DNA of 64,000 nt from Phoronis australis (taxonomy: Eukaryota > Animalia > Phoronida): positions 1,259,080-1,323,079 of the forward strand of contig NMRA01000008.1 in the NCBI GenBank assembly GCA_002633005.1. Reading direction: 5' to 3'. This document shows positions 24,984-36,363 of this stretch, in pieces. The first letter of the stretch is position 1. Every line of letters starts with the position of its first letter. The notes below the pieces were generated by a model. The model was not told where the DNA came from and searched no databases. It saw only the letters and a program-made list of their open reading frames with translations. Position numbers and translations under genes: made by a program.

Positions 24984-27900
24984 AATTCGCAACTCCGACA
25001 TTTTCTTGCGCACTATCCTAGAGAGGAGGCGTCACCCTCCTAAATTACCAATTTTAGTTTTCCGTTAGTGTATTTTGACTGGAAGTTCTCGCATCTAGTT
25101 TACTGTGCAGTAAAACGAAAAAAAAAAAATCGGCATTGAAACGCTGTTCAAAGTATTCCAATAATAGAACTGTTGGTATCGTGAGTACTTTTGGCACCCG
25201 ACCACACAACATCCGACTAGCAGACGACGTACTTACCTGAAGTAAAACTTGCTAATTTTGTCAGGTGACGCTAGTGAATAATGACGTCACGGCTTCTGTG
25301 TAAGATCACAGATTTCCTCCATTGAAAATATACGGAGTTGGCGGCCCATGTGCTATAGTCTACGCAGAATTTGATAGTGACAATGCATAGATAATGGCTT
25401 CTTGTAATTGTCTTCAGCTGTTCCACCGGCTAAAGCATGTGCGGCCGGTTGCATGAAACAGTCTCAAATAGGAGCTCGACTAAGTTTATGAGATTGTGCC
25501 TTTGTTTACTCACAAACGTCATTGTTTCGGTTTACTCTCAAATGTTTCGTTTTCCCATAACGGTTTCCTTTGGTCCGCTAAAGACGAAACTCGCTCTTTT
25601 GTCAGATTGCTTCGCCAGTTGCGTTCAGTTACCGTGCTTTCTGACAAATAGTCATATTTTGATTCAGGTCGCTTACCGTTATAAAGTAGGCTTAATGTCT
25701 TGCCCTTATTCAATTTAGAAATGATCCCTAGGCTTGGAACTCTGACATATCTTTATTTTTCAAGCTATTATATTTTCATAAAATTTGAGCTTCTAAAATG
25801 ATTATGAAACAATACAAGACCAGTTTTATAACGGATCGGTCTGTTAAAACTTGCTTTTGGCAGAAAGTACTGGTTTAATGAGGCTTTAAATATCGAATGA
25901 GGTTTAGTTCCCCCAGCTGAATTGGGCAGCGACCGCGAGATGGATTCAAATTCGCGCCGAGGCTGATCTCAGAAAATCGCTTTTCTAACCGATAACTTTG
26001 AATGTCAAACAAGAGGCGATATGTAACAGTGGAAGTCTTTGGAAACTCAAATACGCAGTGTTATGCCGACAAAGCAACTGGGTGTGCGTTCCGTTGACCG
26101 GGCACGAGAATCTCTTCAAACACGTCATCACACTAGCTCGACATGTTTACACTCGGACTCAAACCAGAACAAGGCGTCATAGATTCGAATACCGAAACCA
26201 AATACTTCCTAATTAAAACGCAGTGAAAATTTTGATGGATTAAAAAGAAGACGACCCCTTTCAATTTCCGCTCTGTCCATCGGCCTGTTTCACGAATACG
26301 CCAATTGAATGTATGAGGATGTTAATTATTGTACAAAATGATTGGCTTGCATTCAACGATTCCCAATGATGCCCTGGGTACCGTTCTAAGAAAACCATCA
26401 TAGTTAAGACAAATCTTGAATTTCAGCCAATTTTATAGAACTTGAATTCATTTCAAGAAAGAGATCTTAAGTTTGACTTAAGTTTTTGACATAAGTCTTG
26501 TCTAAAGTTTGACCAACTTGTCGAATGTAGGAGTTTCAAAGTTTGGAAGTTGAGACAAATCTTAGATTTAAGTAAAAAATGAACTAACTCATTTTTTGGA
26601 ACGGGGCCTTAGTCCGCACTAAGATCGTAAAAAAACACCCAGCTAGTTTAACACTTCCGGCGATTTAAGCTCGAATTAGAAAACAGGTTTGTGGTCCCCG
26701 GTTTAAGGGACTAAAATATGAAAGCGAAAGTGTGTTTGAAATCTCGGGACTAAAGAAAGAGAACGTCGTTCCGTTGTCAAATGTGAGATGGCCTAATTAA
26801 TTAATTACCAAAACACTTCCGCCTCTGAGTATCTGTACTTATTAACGAAGAACGTCAATATTTTTAACGTGCTCATTTACAGATATGAGAACGCGCTATG
26901 TCTATTTCAACATGATAACGAAACCAAACATTTCCTAATTAAAGCGCAGTGACAGATTTGTGTCAAAAAGAAGACTGTCGCATTCAATTACCGCTCTGCC
27001 CATCGGAATAAGTCAAAGTATTGGTCTTAAGCATTACACACCTGACCATTTCTGAAAAATAATTATATCGCCTTGAGAAAAAGTGTAGTTTCCGAGTGCA
27101 TGCACATATCTACTTGTTACCGACTGAGACAATTTCTATAAATCATTTCTAGACTGTGATGCACTCATAATTACCTTTTTTCAGCAATTCAAGTGGGAGC
27201 GCAAGAATCAAGTTTCCCTCTCAAGTTAATTTCATGCAATAGACCCCCAGACTGGGGATAAGGTAATTTCTTTAAAGATTTATAGACCGTGAGACTAGTT
27301 ATGTCACAGGCCACAGATGCACCCTAATGGAATAATCTTAAGAGGCCCAATATACAACGCTTGGATGTAGAAATTTCAGCGATCGTATGTGGGTACCTCC
27401 GTTTTTTGTATTTTTTTTCGTCGACTTCTTTGTTTTGATCAAAGAGACTTTGAGCCTAAATTTAGTCAGCTGTCTTGCCCCAAAAGTAGCGTTCAAGTAT
27501 TAAACGTGCAACGTATTAACATTGCAGCGACAAGAAAAAATAAGCCGTAAACTTTGACTGACAAAAGCCAAAAGCTCCATTTATGAGATAGAAACCCGTC
27601 GAAAGTGCATCACTGGAAAATTTAAAGCGGCCAAAACTCGTCTTCCACCATAAAATAAACGTTTTAGGCACTTTCCATTGAAAATTCGGTCCTAACGTAT
27701 TCCTTGCTCAGACTTAGAATCGATTTCTTGGCTTGGGAAGAAATTACAAATCATTAAATCGTTATTGCTCGAGATCAGGAGCCTAAAGTTGATTTGTCAC
27801 GGCGGATCATTTAAATCGCCGAGACCGGAAATCCTTTTAATCCGACAGAGTAGGGAAGAACCAGTCACGACCAATTTTATAACCGTAAGTAATCTAAAAC

Positions 27901-29239
27901 AAAAGTGAGTCAACAGACATTTTTCGCAGCCGATTGTGTATTTACAGCTATTTCAGTCCCGCGGGTGAGCTCCAAAATTATCCTTATGAAAACCCAAGGT
28001 GTATGTTAAATTTTCACCACGCAAGCCCGTACCGTAACTACATCTTTGCATGAGTTCATAGTTTCTAACACTTCCATACCTAGCTTGTGATGCAACAACA
28101 CGGGAATATTGGCAAGATCAATTCACTAGAGAATTCTTCGAAAAACTAGCCTTTCGTTGCACCACCGTTGAAATTCCCCCTTGCTCTTTTTGTCCTTACA
28201 TAACGATATATTTGACTATACATTTTGTGGACTCTCATCGGTGCAATATTGTTATTGAAACACTAGTTAATAAAAATAACATGTTCGCAGGTCAAGTATA
28301 GGCTCATGCAGCGATCTTGATAAAAATCAGTGAAAGTGGTAGTAAACTACAGACTATGAGTGCAGAAAACCGAAGCATGTATCACCAGTTCTCCTATGTT
28401 AAAAAAGCAACGAGACTATTGTTTTATCTCAAATGCCAACATTTAGTCATGGATATGGTCTTGCTGTGTTATTTCTTTAATCGCTGCTTTTTTTTCTAAA
28501 ACCTTAATTATTGAAAGTTGTTATGAACGTGATAGTCAGGCCAACGGAGCTCGTTCGGCCCACTGGTCAGCCACGCCGGGGCAACCAGACCGTTTTCGCT
28601 AGCCTTCGCTATAGTAGCAATATCTTTGATAGTAGCAAAACGCAAGTCGTGTGAATTAATGACTACAAATGACAGACACTTTTGCGGGCGGTTTGAGTTA
28701 CTCCAAAATTTCTAGGGTTTTCGCTGAGGGCTTTTTAGACAGACCACTTACTTCACCGAACACACATGTACAAGGTTAAGATATGAAGGAGTCGGTTTAG
28801 TCGACCAGTTTTCTTTAAAAAACGATTCGAGTGTTAACTGAGGAAACAAACCTGCTGAAAATGACTTCTTCAGTTCGCGGCGGAAAGATCAATTGTTTGG
28901 CTAAACGCTATCATTTTCGCAAGCGTTTTAGCCAATGAAACTTAGTAGTGCATGCGTTATCGCCTCTCATGAGAGCCTATACGTACGAGTTGACAAATAA
29001 TAGTACTTGTGTATAGTACCATCATTCTCGTTATCGCTAGTGAGATAGAACCGGAGTCTGGGTTATGTTTTTTTTTATAAAACTCGCTATCATGGGCTCT
29101 AATCTCAGAGTCGGCCTTCAAACGACTGCCGAACGGTCCGTGACCACTGGGCTCACGACCAAATAGTTCCGCAGCCAACATAGCGCCACCGGCACCTCTG
29201 CATACTAACACTCGCGGGCAAACATCACGACACATACAA

Positions 29240-30204
29240 CGACGACGTTAGCACGCACGAACTACTCTCACTAGCTAACAAACCACCCCTTCATCTCATA
29301 GGCGGATTTAGGAGGGAGTGGCAGCCCCCCCCCCCCCCTTGGTTACCGCAAGCAAAATGAAACAGCAACAGCGTGAAGCGTGAGGAAATATTGAGTTCTG
29401 GAACTAGGACCAGTAGCGACCCCATATCGCGGCGGTATGGTGTTCCCGTATTCTTTTTTCTTTTAGTCCACCGATAAATTGTCTGAACAGCATGTCCACA
29501 TACTCGGCTCCCACAACTTTCGCACCGCCTGTGCAAATAAAATACATACAATCGCGCTTTGCCCAATTTTTCGATGCAACATGTTGGCCCCCTCCCCCTT
29601 ATGGTATCCTAGATCCGCCACTGCATCTACAAAGGCTTCGACTTATTGCAATAGAAGTATTTAAAATCCTTCATAGCGAATCACCCAAGAAGCAAGAAAA
29701 CAATTACTCCTTTCGCTTCAGCAACCTTTTAATTAGATATTCTTCAACTTAAACCTGTCAAATATGGCAAAAAATCTTTTCGCTTCGAGGCTGCTCGGGT
29801 CTGGAACAGTATACCGAATGTGATGCGCACAACAGAGTCTTTCACTATTTTCCGTGGACTGATTCGGACACGTACCGGCCCCGAATGCAGCTGCTCTCTT
29901 TGTAAACACTCCAGGTTATGCTGTAATTAGTGTATACCATCGTTTCTTTTACGATTTATCTAGATTATAGCAATTACAAGTGTACCTATTATCGTTTATG
30001 CTCAGACCCTAGTCTATACTTCATAGCGATTACGACAACTTAACTTTTATTTACAATTATATATCTGTTATAATCTACCTTTAGCTTAATATAATAAGTT
30101 CCATTTTGTTCACGAGTCTGTTAAATTTAAAGTCGTAGAAATCGCCCAACTGGCTAATGCATTAATCTGTTCTTCAAACGACGATAAATAAAGATTCTTG
30201 ATTC
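29240..30204 (+). mobile_element. 5'-truncated CR1/L2-clade LINE: ORF2 C-terminus and 3' tail, interrupted by a MITE
   Basis: Reads LANKPPLHL|QRLRLIAIEVFKIL...YSFR...KYGKKSFRFEAARVWNSIPNVMRTTESFTIFRGLIRT..CSCSLCK (frameshifted), typical of CR1/L2-type ORF2 ends. The 3' end is aataaagattcttgattc. Confidence 0.8.
29297..29623 (+). mobile_element. MITE (TIR CATAGGCGGATTTAGGA / TCCTAGATCCGCCACTG) with 5-bp TSD CATCT, inserted in the LINE
   Basis: Removing the element and one CATCT copy restores the LINE reading frame. Confidence 0.9.
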
Positions 30205-30710
30205 GCTAGCTTCACATTTGGCAAAAAATCAAACAGCTAGCAACAACCAAGACAACAACAACAACAAATGCATTAGCTGCCTCGATCAGCCTAACCACGA
30301 GGTCTTTTCAGTGGAATGCCTCCATTTGTTCACAACAATTCGGTCAACAGGCCAACGATTCCTGGCCATTGCGAACCGCCCTCTGGGTACTGTAAGATAC
30401 AGGCATACGGCTCCGGAAAAAGCAAATTTTCCACTTCAGGTCATGCTCAGAAACATAGTTTTCGTAAATTTCCGTAACTTGTAGTCGAACCAATCATTTG
30501 TTAAGACGGTTTCGGAAGTGGCTCAGGCACTCGCCGCAAAGTTTTGAAACTGTACGTTCTTACTAGTCGATGCCGGACATTCCTTAGCTAATCGAATCAT
30601 TTCTACAGTACACAATGACCATTCCTCTGAGCCAATCGTAAGCAAACACTTCAAGCGTTTATTATTATTTGTCCGAGTCCTCGTTCTCTATTCGATACAC
30701 CCGCGCATTG

Positions 30711-30876
30711 GTGACGTCACAGTTTCGAATGGCAGTCATTGCTCAGTTTCGTTTAATCGCCGTGAACGGCTACCCCAATCTATTTTAGTCATCTGACTAT
30801 GCGTCCACCAAGAGAAATTCCCCGGTATTCACTATTGCCCATATAAATTCAGAGACATGGCCAAATCACATCAGTT
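30711..30876 (+). promoter_or_regulatory. Proximal promoter of cytokine-like gene A: CRE, kB-like site, TATA, Inr
   Basis: GTGACGTCAC at 30711-30720, GAGAAATTCCCC at 30812-30823 (GGGGAATTTCTC on -), TATAAA at 30842-30847, and an Inr-like TCAGTT about 30 nt downstream. Confidence 0.7.
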
Positions 30877-30938
30877 CAACTGTTTGCAAGCCGGTATTCA
30901 ACATTTTCTGAATCACAAGCCAGAATTTAATAACCAAC

Positions 30939-30945
30939 ATGCAAG
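30939..30945 (+). CDS. Helical cytokine-like gene A, coding exon 1 (ATG CAA G)
   Basis: aacATGCAAG|gtaag. A phase-1 donor is needed to put exon 2 in frame, and the same structure occurs in gene B. Confidence 0.8.
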
Positions 30946-31369
30946 GTAAGACGCGGTTGATTATATACCTACATAATTAGCATCAAACATGATATCGACG
31001 AGACAAATTTTAATTATGTCTCATTTGGGTTCAACCTTACTAAATACCGATTTCACTGAATATTTTTGAGTAATGCAGATTAAAGGTTCTTTATAGAATA
31101 GGCAAACTTATCCTTAAAAATCGCAATACATACTAATGGAATTTATATTTGATTAGCGCGAGAAGTTTCATTCTAACCAAGTTAGTCGTGAAAACCATCT
31201 TTGGTGTTCATCTGTTCCATTAGTAAAGCCCGTTAGGAAAGGTGAAAGTTCCATAGACACAGTTTATTTCAGTTCGAATATTCTTAGCAAAAATCGGGCC
31301 GTTTCATTCATTCAGGCAATATAGATAAGCAGACTGGCATACAATTTGCCCGCGTTATACATGTGACCG

Positions 31370-31610
31370 TTCTGGGAAATCCCAGGGTTGCCATAGGAAC
31401 CGTGCTGAGTAAGAATAGTGCAGAATATTATGAACCCGGCTTTTTGGGTCTAACACATGCTTAGAATGACGAATAATGGGAAATCACCCTAAAATCGACA
31501 GAAAACGTTTTCTGATTTCGGGCTTTCGCACTATGATTTCCCATAATTTGTCCTCGAGGCCGGAATAAGGGAACCGCAAACGGATATTCCAGATAAGGCG
31601 GGAAATTTTC
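31370..31610 (+). promoter_or_regulatory. Intron-1 STAT/NF-kB motif cluster of gene A
   Basis: TTCTGGGAA (31370-31378) overlaps GGGAAATCCC (31374-31383). Further GGGAAAT half-matches occur at 31478, about 31534-31542 (-) and 31600. Confidence 0.55.
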
Positions 31611-31958
31611 AACGAAAATATAAATGAGCACAACACTGTAGTAGTAATGATTCACATTAACAGTTCAACATGCAAACGCGCGGTAGGTATAAAGATCTCT
31701 GAGTAATCTTCAGAGCGGTCTGTCACCAACTGAGACTGATCGCAGCTATAGCGAGTCAATACCAGTGGTTCAAATTTCATATTAGGGTTCAACATGGTAA
31801 TAAAGGCCTATGGTCCGAGTTTTAGTCAAAAAAAAACTCTTAACGGCGTTTTAGCCGATTTTTTGGTGTGATAGATTTAATTCCTCTCCAGTTGATTTTT
31901 CTGTTGCTTGTATTCGATTAGCCCCTGATCACGAGAAAATCGTTACTTGCATTTACAG

Positions 31959-32230
31959 GAATAAGAAATACAGTGATCACAGCCCTCCTCTCTTTTGGTC
32001 TCATGGGCATCCAGTCGGCGTCAATCGGCGGCGTCAAGACGCAGCGAGACGTCGAGTCAACACAAACGAGCCATGGAAGATGTCACTGGTACAGACCATG
32101 CGGGGGTGAGATAGAACAAGTCCAAATTAATACGACTCCGAGTGGACAAACCTTCAATCAAGCTTACAGAGACATGGCAGTAAAGGCTTTTGGACTATCT
32201 AGACAGTCGCAAGATTTAAAGATATCCTAC
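31959..32230 (+). CDS. Cytokine-like gene A exon 2 (signal peptide, pro-region, CHWYRPC, helix A)
   Basis: cag acceptor and gtgagt donor. Reads GIRNTVITALLSFGLMGIQSAS...GRCHWYRPC...YRDMAVKAFGLSRQSQDLKISY, paralogous to 53823-54097. Confidence 0.9.
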
Positions 32231-33914
32231 GTGAGTTTATTTTACAATTTAAGTCACTGACAGTTTGCGTACCGGTACGGTATATACTTTGTTGAGCGTC
32301 CGTAGTCGGATTACATTCGACTCGGTAAAATGGCTTTTCAGTCAGCCTAGCGGGGACAGGGGGGTGGTGTCCGATCAAGAGAATCAAATCGCATTCAATA
32401 CCCAAAATAAAATTTCCCGTATGTAGTGCCTCTCACTGAAAATTCTCTGCAACCGCCTACGCAGTGTTTAAAACCAAAACTGTAAAGACAACGGGCAACG
32501 CGTTTCGAAGAAATCGCAACCTGCCAGAACAACAACGTCCTACTGCATTAAATAGGTCGCATAAGTAATCGGAAAGGGCTATTGGGTGATAAGGTGATGG
32601 TTTGCGATAACTTGGCGGGTGACGCAAAATTGCAAGGCTTTTCAGACCTGTAGAAGTTCCCTTGATTTTAAAGTGTGCAAAATTTAGATTTACACGCCAT
32701 CGCAGTTGAATGAGACATTTATCAGTGCGAACTCGCAAATGTAGTAATGTGCTGTTTATGCCACCTCCATCCAGGAGAGAACGGTAAGAGTGTGTCAGGT
32801 CGTTTGTTTTCCAACTGCTCTACGAAACTTCTTAGATCTTCATAGGCATCTCATTTGAGTTTGTTTTGTATTTGTACGAATTCATATAGTGTATTCGCAC
32901 TATTGGACTGCACCTGCAAAATTATAATTGCATTAAGTTACTGGAATTATTTTTGGAGTGTGCAACTTGTGAGTTGTGTGTGAAGTTGAACCGTCCATTT
33001 GATTTGTCTCACGGGCTGTAAAGCCCCAGGCATAGTCTAGGTAGTCTGACCATAGACTGGTGGCCGCCTTGTCCTGTTGTGTTAAAACCGAAGGTAGATA
33101 ATCTCCATTATTCAACCTAAATATTTGTTTCATTTTTGGCGGAAATTAGTCACGAAATGTTTTTAAATTTACATGCTCGTACTGACAGCGGCTCCTTGGC
33201 TTACTTCGCATTTGTCAGTTGATGAAAAAGGTGACCCAGGCTCATGGAAGTGAGGAAAGCACAAAAAATTCAGTATTTCAGGCTTCATGTCCAAGTCTCA
33301 ATTTGCAGTACAATTGTCCGGTACTTCGTCTCTCATGGATCTATTATGAACAAATGGACGTCGTGCTCAACAAAACTTGTCTCAAGGAAAATTTGCTGCC
33401 GATATACTCCAAATAAAATATATATAACACATAGATAGGTGACTTGGTTTATGAAATTTCGAAAAGTGTCCATGAATTTTATCGCAGTTGTTGCCAACTT
33501 CACTGTATCCTTGATTAGTGTGAAAGTTTATTCTGCCTGTGTTGGAGCTGTTCACTGTAGTTATGCTGAGTGAAAATTAGTTTTAATTGACCAAGCGTCA
33601 TTGGAGATTCTTTTTGGTGGGGAAGATGGACAATTAGAAATGGATTATTAACATTTGTGGTACCTGTATCATAGGTCTGTGATTTGCAAAAACTGTTAGC
33701 TCAATCCTGTTGTGTCAAAATTCTCGACTAAACCAAAGGCACTCTCATTACTCATTTGACTATATGTATCAGAACTTCTATATAATGTGGTGTAAAAATG
33801 CAGTGGCTGATACGTGTGCATGTGTGAGAACTTTTGTAGTGAGAACTGCCATGGTATGACTGGGTCCTCTGCTTTTTATGATAATTGCACCGTTTATTTA
33901 ATTATTATTGACAG

Positions 33915-34028
33915 ATCAAGAGAGCAATGCATGACCCGGAGTTTGCGAGTCTGTTTGATGCATTTCACTTCAACAAATTTCCTGTCAATCAAGTCACAGA
34001 CAGCGCAGTGGAATTCGCCACAGAACAC
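33915..34028 (+). CDS. Cytokine-like gene A exon 3 (114 nt; AB loop IKRAMHDPEFASLFDAFHFNKFPVNQVTDSAVEFATEH)
   Basis: cag acceptor and gtaagt donor, phase 0/0, paralogous to 55660-55773. Confidence 0.9.
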
Positions 34029-34559
34029 GTAAGTCAGATAATCACAACAGAATATCTATAAGGATATGTGTCACTTTATCAACAAGTGTGTAGTTGCCCA
34101 AATATCTACTGTAGAACAATGGGTTTTAACTCAGTGAAAGTTTTACATTTTCTGAAAGTAGAAAGCCTTTATTTATTTTTTTGTTTACTTTAAAGCTATA
34201 GTGTCTTGTGACCATATCTTTTTGTAGTAAAATTTAGCAAAAAGAATGGTTCGTTTATAGAAAAACAACATCATCATCAATAACGTGGCAAAGTTTTGAT
34301 TGATAAAAATATTCACGATGAAATCTCAAAAATGCTGCTGATGCATGTCTTGCCGCTGATCATGATGTTGTTAACTCCATTGTTAACAATGCCCCCTGGT
34401 GCCAGATATCACATGTAAAGCTGAATTAACTCGTGTAATGTTGCACTGTCATCTCAGATAAAAAGTTACTAGTAACTTGCTTAACGTTACTTCAATCGTA
34501 TCCATACTGGTCCGCCATGGTATGTGACTCGTCCTTAGTTTTGCACTGCTTTATTTCAG

Positions 34560-34749
34560 ACCGACACGTTTCTTGTTCAAACCTATCAAGAGATGGCAAC
34601 CATTTCCGTCTATCTTAACAGAGTGCGACTGGAGAACAAGCACTGGTCAGTAGGTGGCAACAGTATGTTCTACACCACCATCGACCAGATTTCTATTCAA
34701 TATTGTGATTTGATGTGCAGCCTCAACATCCATATCAAGGCAACTAAAG
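34560..34749 (+). CDS. Cytokine-like gene A exon 4 (helices B and C: TDTFLVQTYQEMATISVYLNRVRLE...IQYCDLMCSLNIHIKATK)
   Basis: cag acceptor and gtaaat donor, 190 nt, ending in phase 1. Confidence 0.9.
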
Positions 34750-35289
34750 GTAAATTCAACACCCACATGCACACATGCAGTCAGGGATACCAATTCTTTT
34801 GTTCATGTTGCCCTCGAGGCCTTAAAATCCATTTTGTGTTATGTCTAGTTCCCTGATCTACCTTAAGTCAACAAAACTTTCACGTACGAGTTAAGTGGTG
34901 TTTTGAACAACAGTCGAAACTTTAAAGCCTTTGGAACATCAAAAAATCGCTTTCGAAAAAATTCTGTAAACATATGCTCTTCAAGTAGAAATTGTTGAAA
35001 TATATTTGAAACAGTTGTACAGAATGTTTTTCTTTGCTTTTGTTTTTAGAAACTTCCTCGAAATTTTGAAAATAGAATCGATGGCAGTTCTCCTAAATTT
35101 ACCAGTCGATAAATAACTCAGTAAAATTTATTTAAAAAATTCCTGGCAAACCAATTGTTCTGGTAGGATTGGTGTGTGATTAACGTAAAAATGTGGGAAG
35201 CAGATGGACCAGTTGGAAGGAAATGTGAAATGTTTTGTGTTGGTATGATGTAAGTGAATTGTTTTACACTCATTGTTTTCTCGTTGTAG

Positions 35290-35468
35290 GTCTCGTAATA
35301 CCGGAAACGGTCACCGAAGATGTTATAGATCCTCATTACGATAACTTGGGCTTCAGCGAGACCTACAAATATGTGCGCGACTACATAATAATTCGCGATT
35401 ACAGTCACTACCTTAATTACTTGGGTGAAATGATGCAGGAGTTGGAGAATCTGCCTTCAAACCACTAA
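35290..35468 (+). CDS. Cytokine-like gene A exon 5 (CD loop and helix D: ...YKYVRDYIIIRDYSHYLNYLGEMMQELENLPSNH*)
   Basis: tag acceptor in frame. Total CDS is 762 nt (253 aa). Confidence 0.9.
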
Positions 35469-36363
35469 AGTGATAAAGCTGTTCCACGTTTCCCCGCACC
35501 CTATGTGGGGTGCCCAATTTGTACAGTTTATGATCCATCTGATATTCAGATTGGTTCGTAAGTTGTACAAAAATGTATGTGCTATGCACGTGTTATAATT
35601 TTAAATAAATGATTGCTTAACATGTGATTTGATGACATCAAAACAGTTGTATGATTATGTTCCAGTTGTCTGAGACAATTACCAACCACTGGGTGCATAA
35701 TTGTATTAATTTTTGATATCATGTGTTTGATAATTATTTTGATCTGTTAAAGGCTAGTATATCTATTTAGATATATTTCTCATGAGTGACTTCAGTAAAG
35801 ATTTGTTATCATTAGCTTTTTTATTTTAAATTGTTTGTGAACTGGAATACAAATTAATAAGGAAATAGAAAAAGAACTACTGTAAAATGCAGTTATGATA
35901 TGTAGCTTCAAAGCTTTCTAAACAAACTTACTTGTAATAATGTAATGATGTAATAATGTAATAAATAAACTAACAATAATGAAGTGATGGAAAAATTTTA
36001 ATGAAAGGAATTTTAATAAATGTTTGTTAATACTTATTACATTCAGTGTTGTAAATCAACTGAGTGTGAAGTTGTGTAACCGTAACTCAGAGTGTTATAA
36101 TCAAAAAATGTACTGTAGTTTTGTAATCATGAAGTACTTAATCCACTATCTTGTTTTGTTTTGTTTTGTTGTGTGTTGTTTTTGAAGTGTTATTACAACT
36201 TGTTCATGATTTATGTGATGGGTTAGTACTGCAATATACTGCCAATAATTTATGCTAATTTATGCCTGTTATGTGAGACTGCTACTTAACCTGAGTTTTT
36301 GCTCCGTTTAAACTACTGCTTTTTCATTTGTGAACTGCTGATATTTCCTGATATTTATATCTC

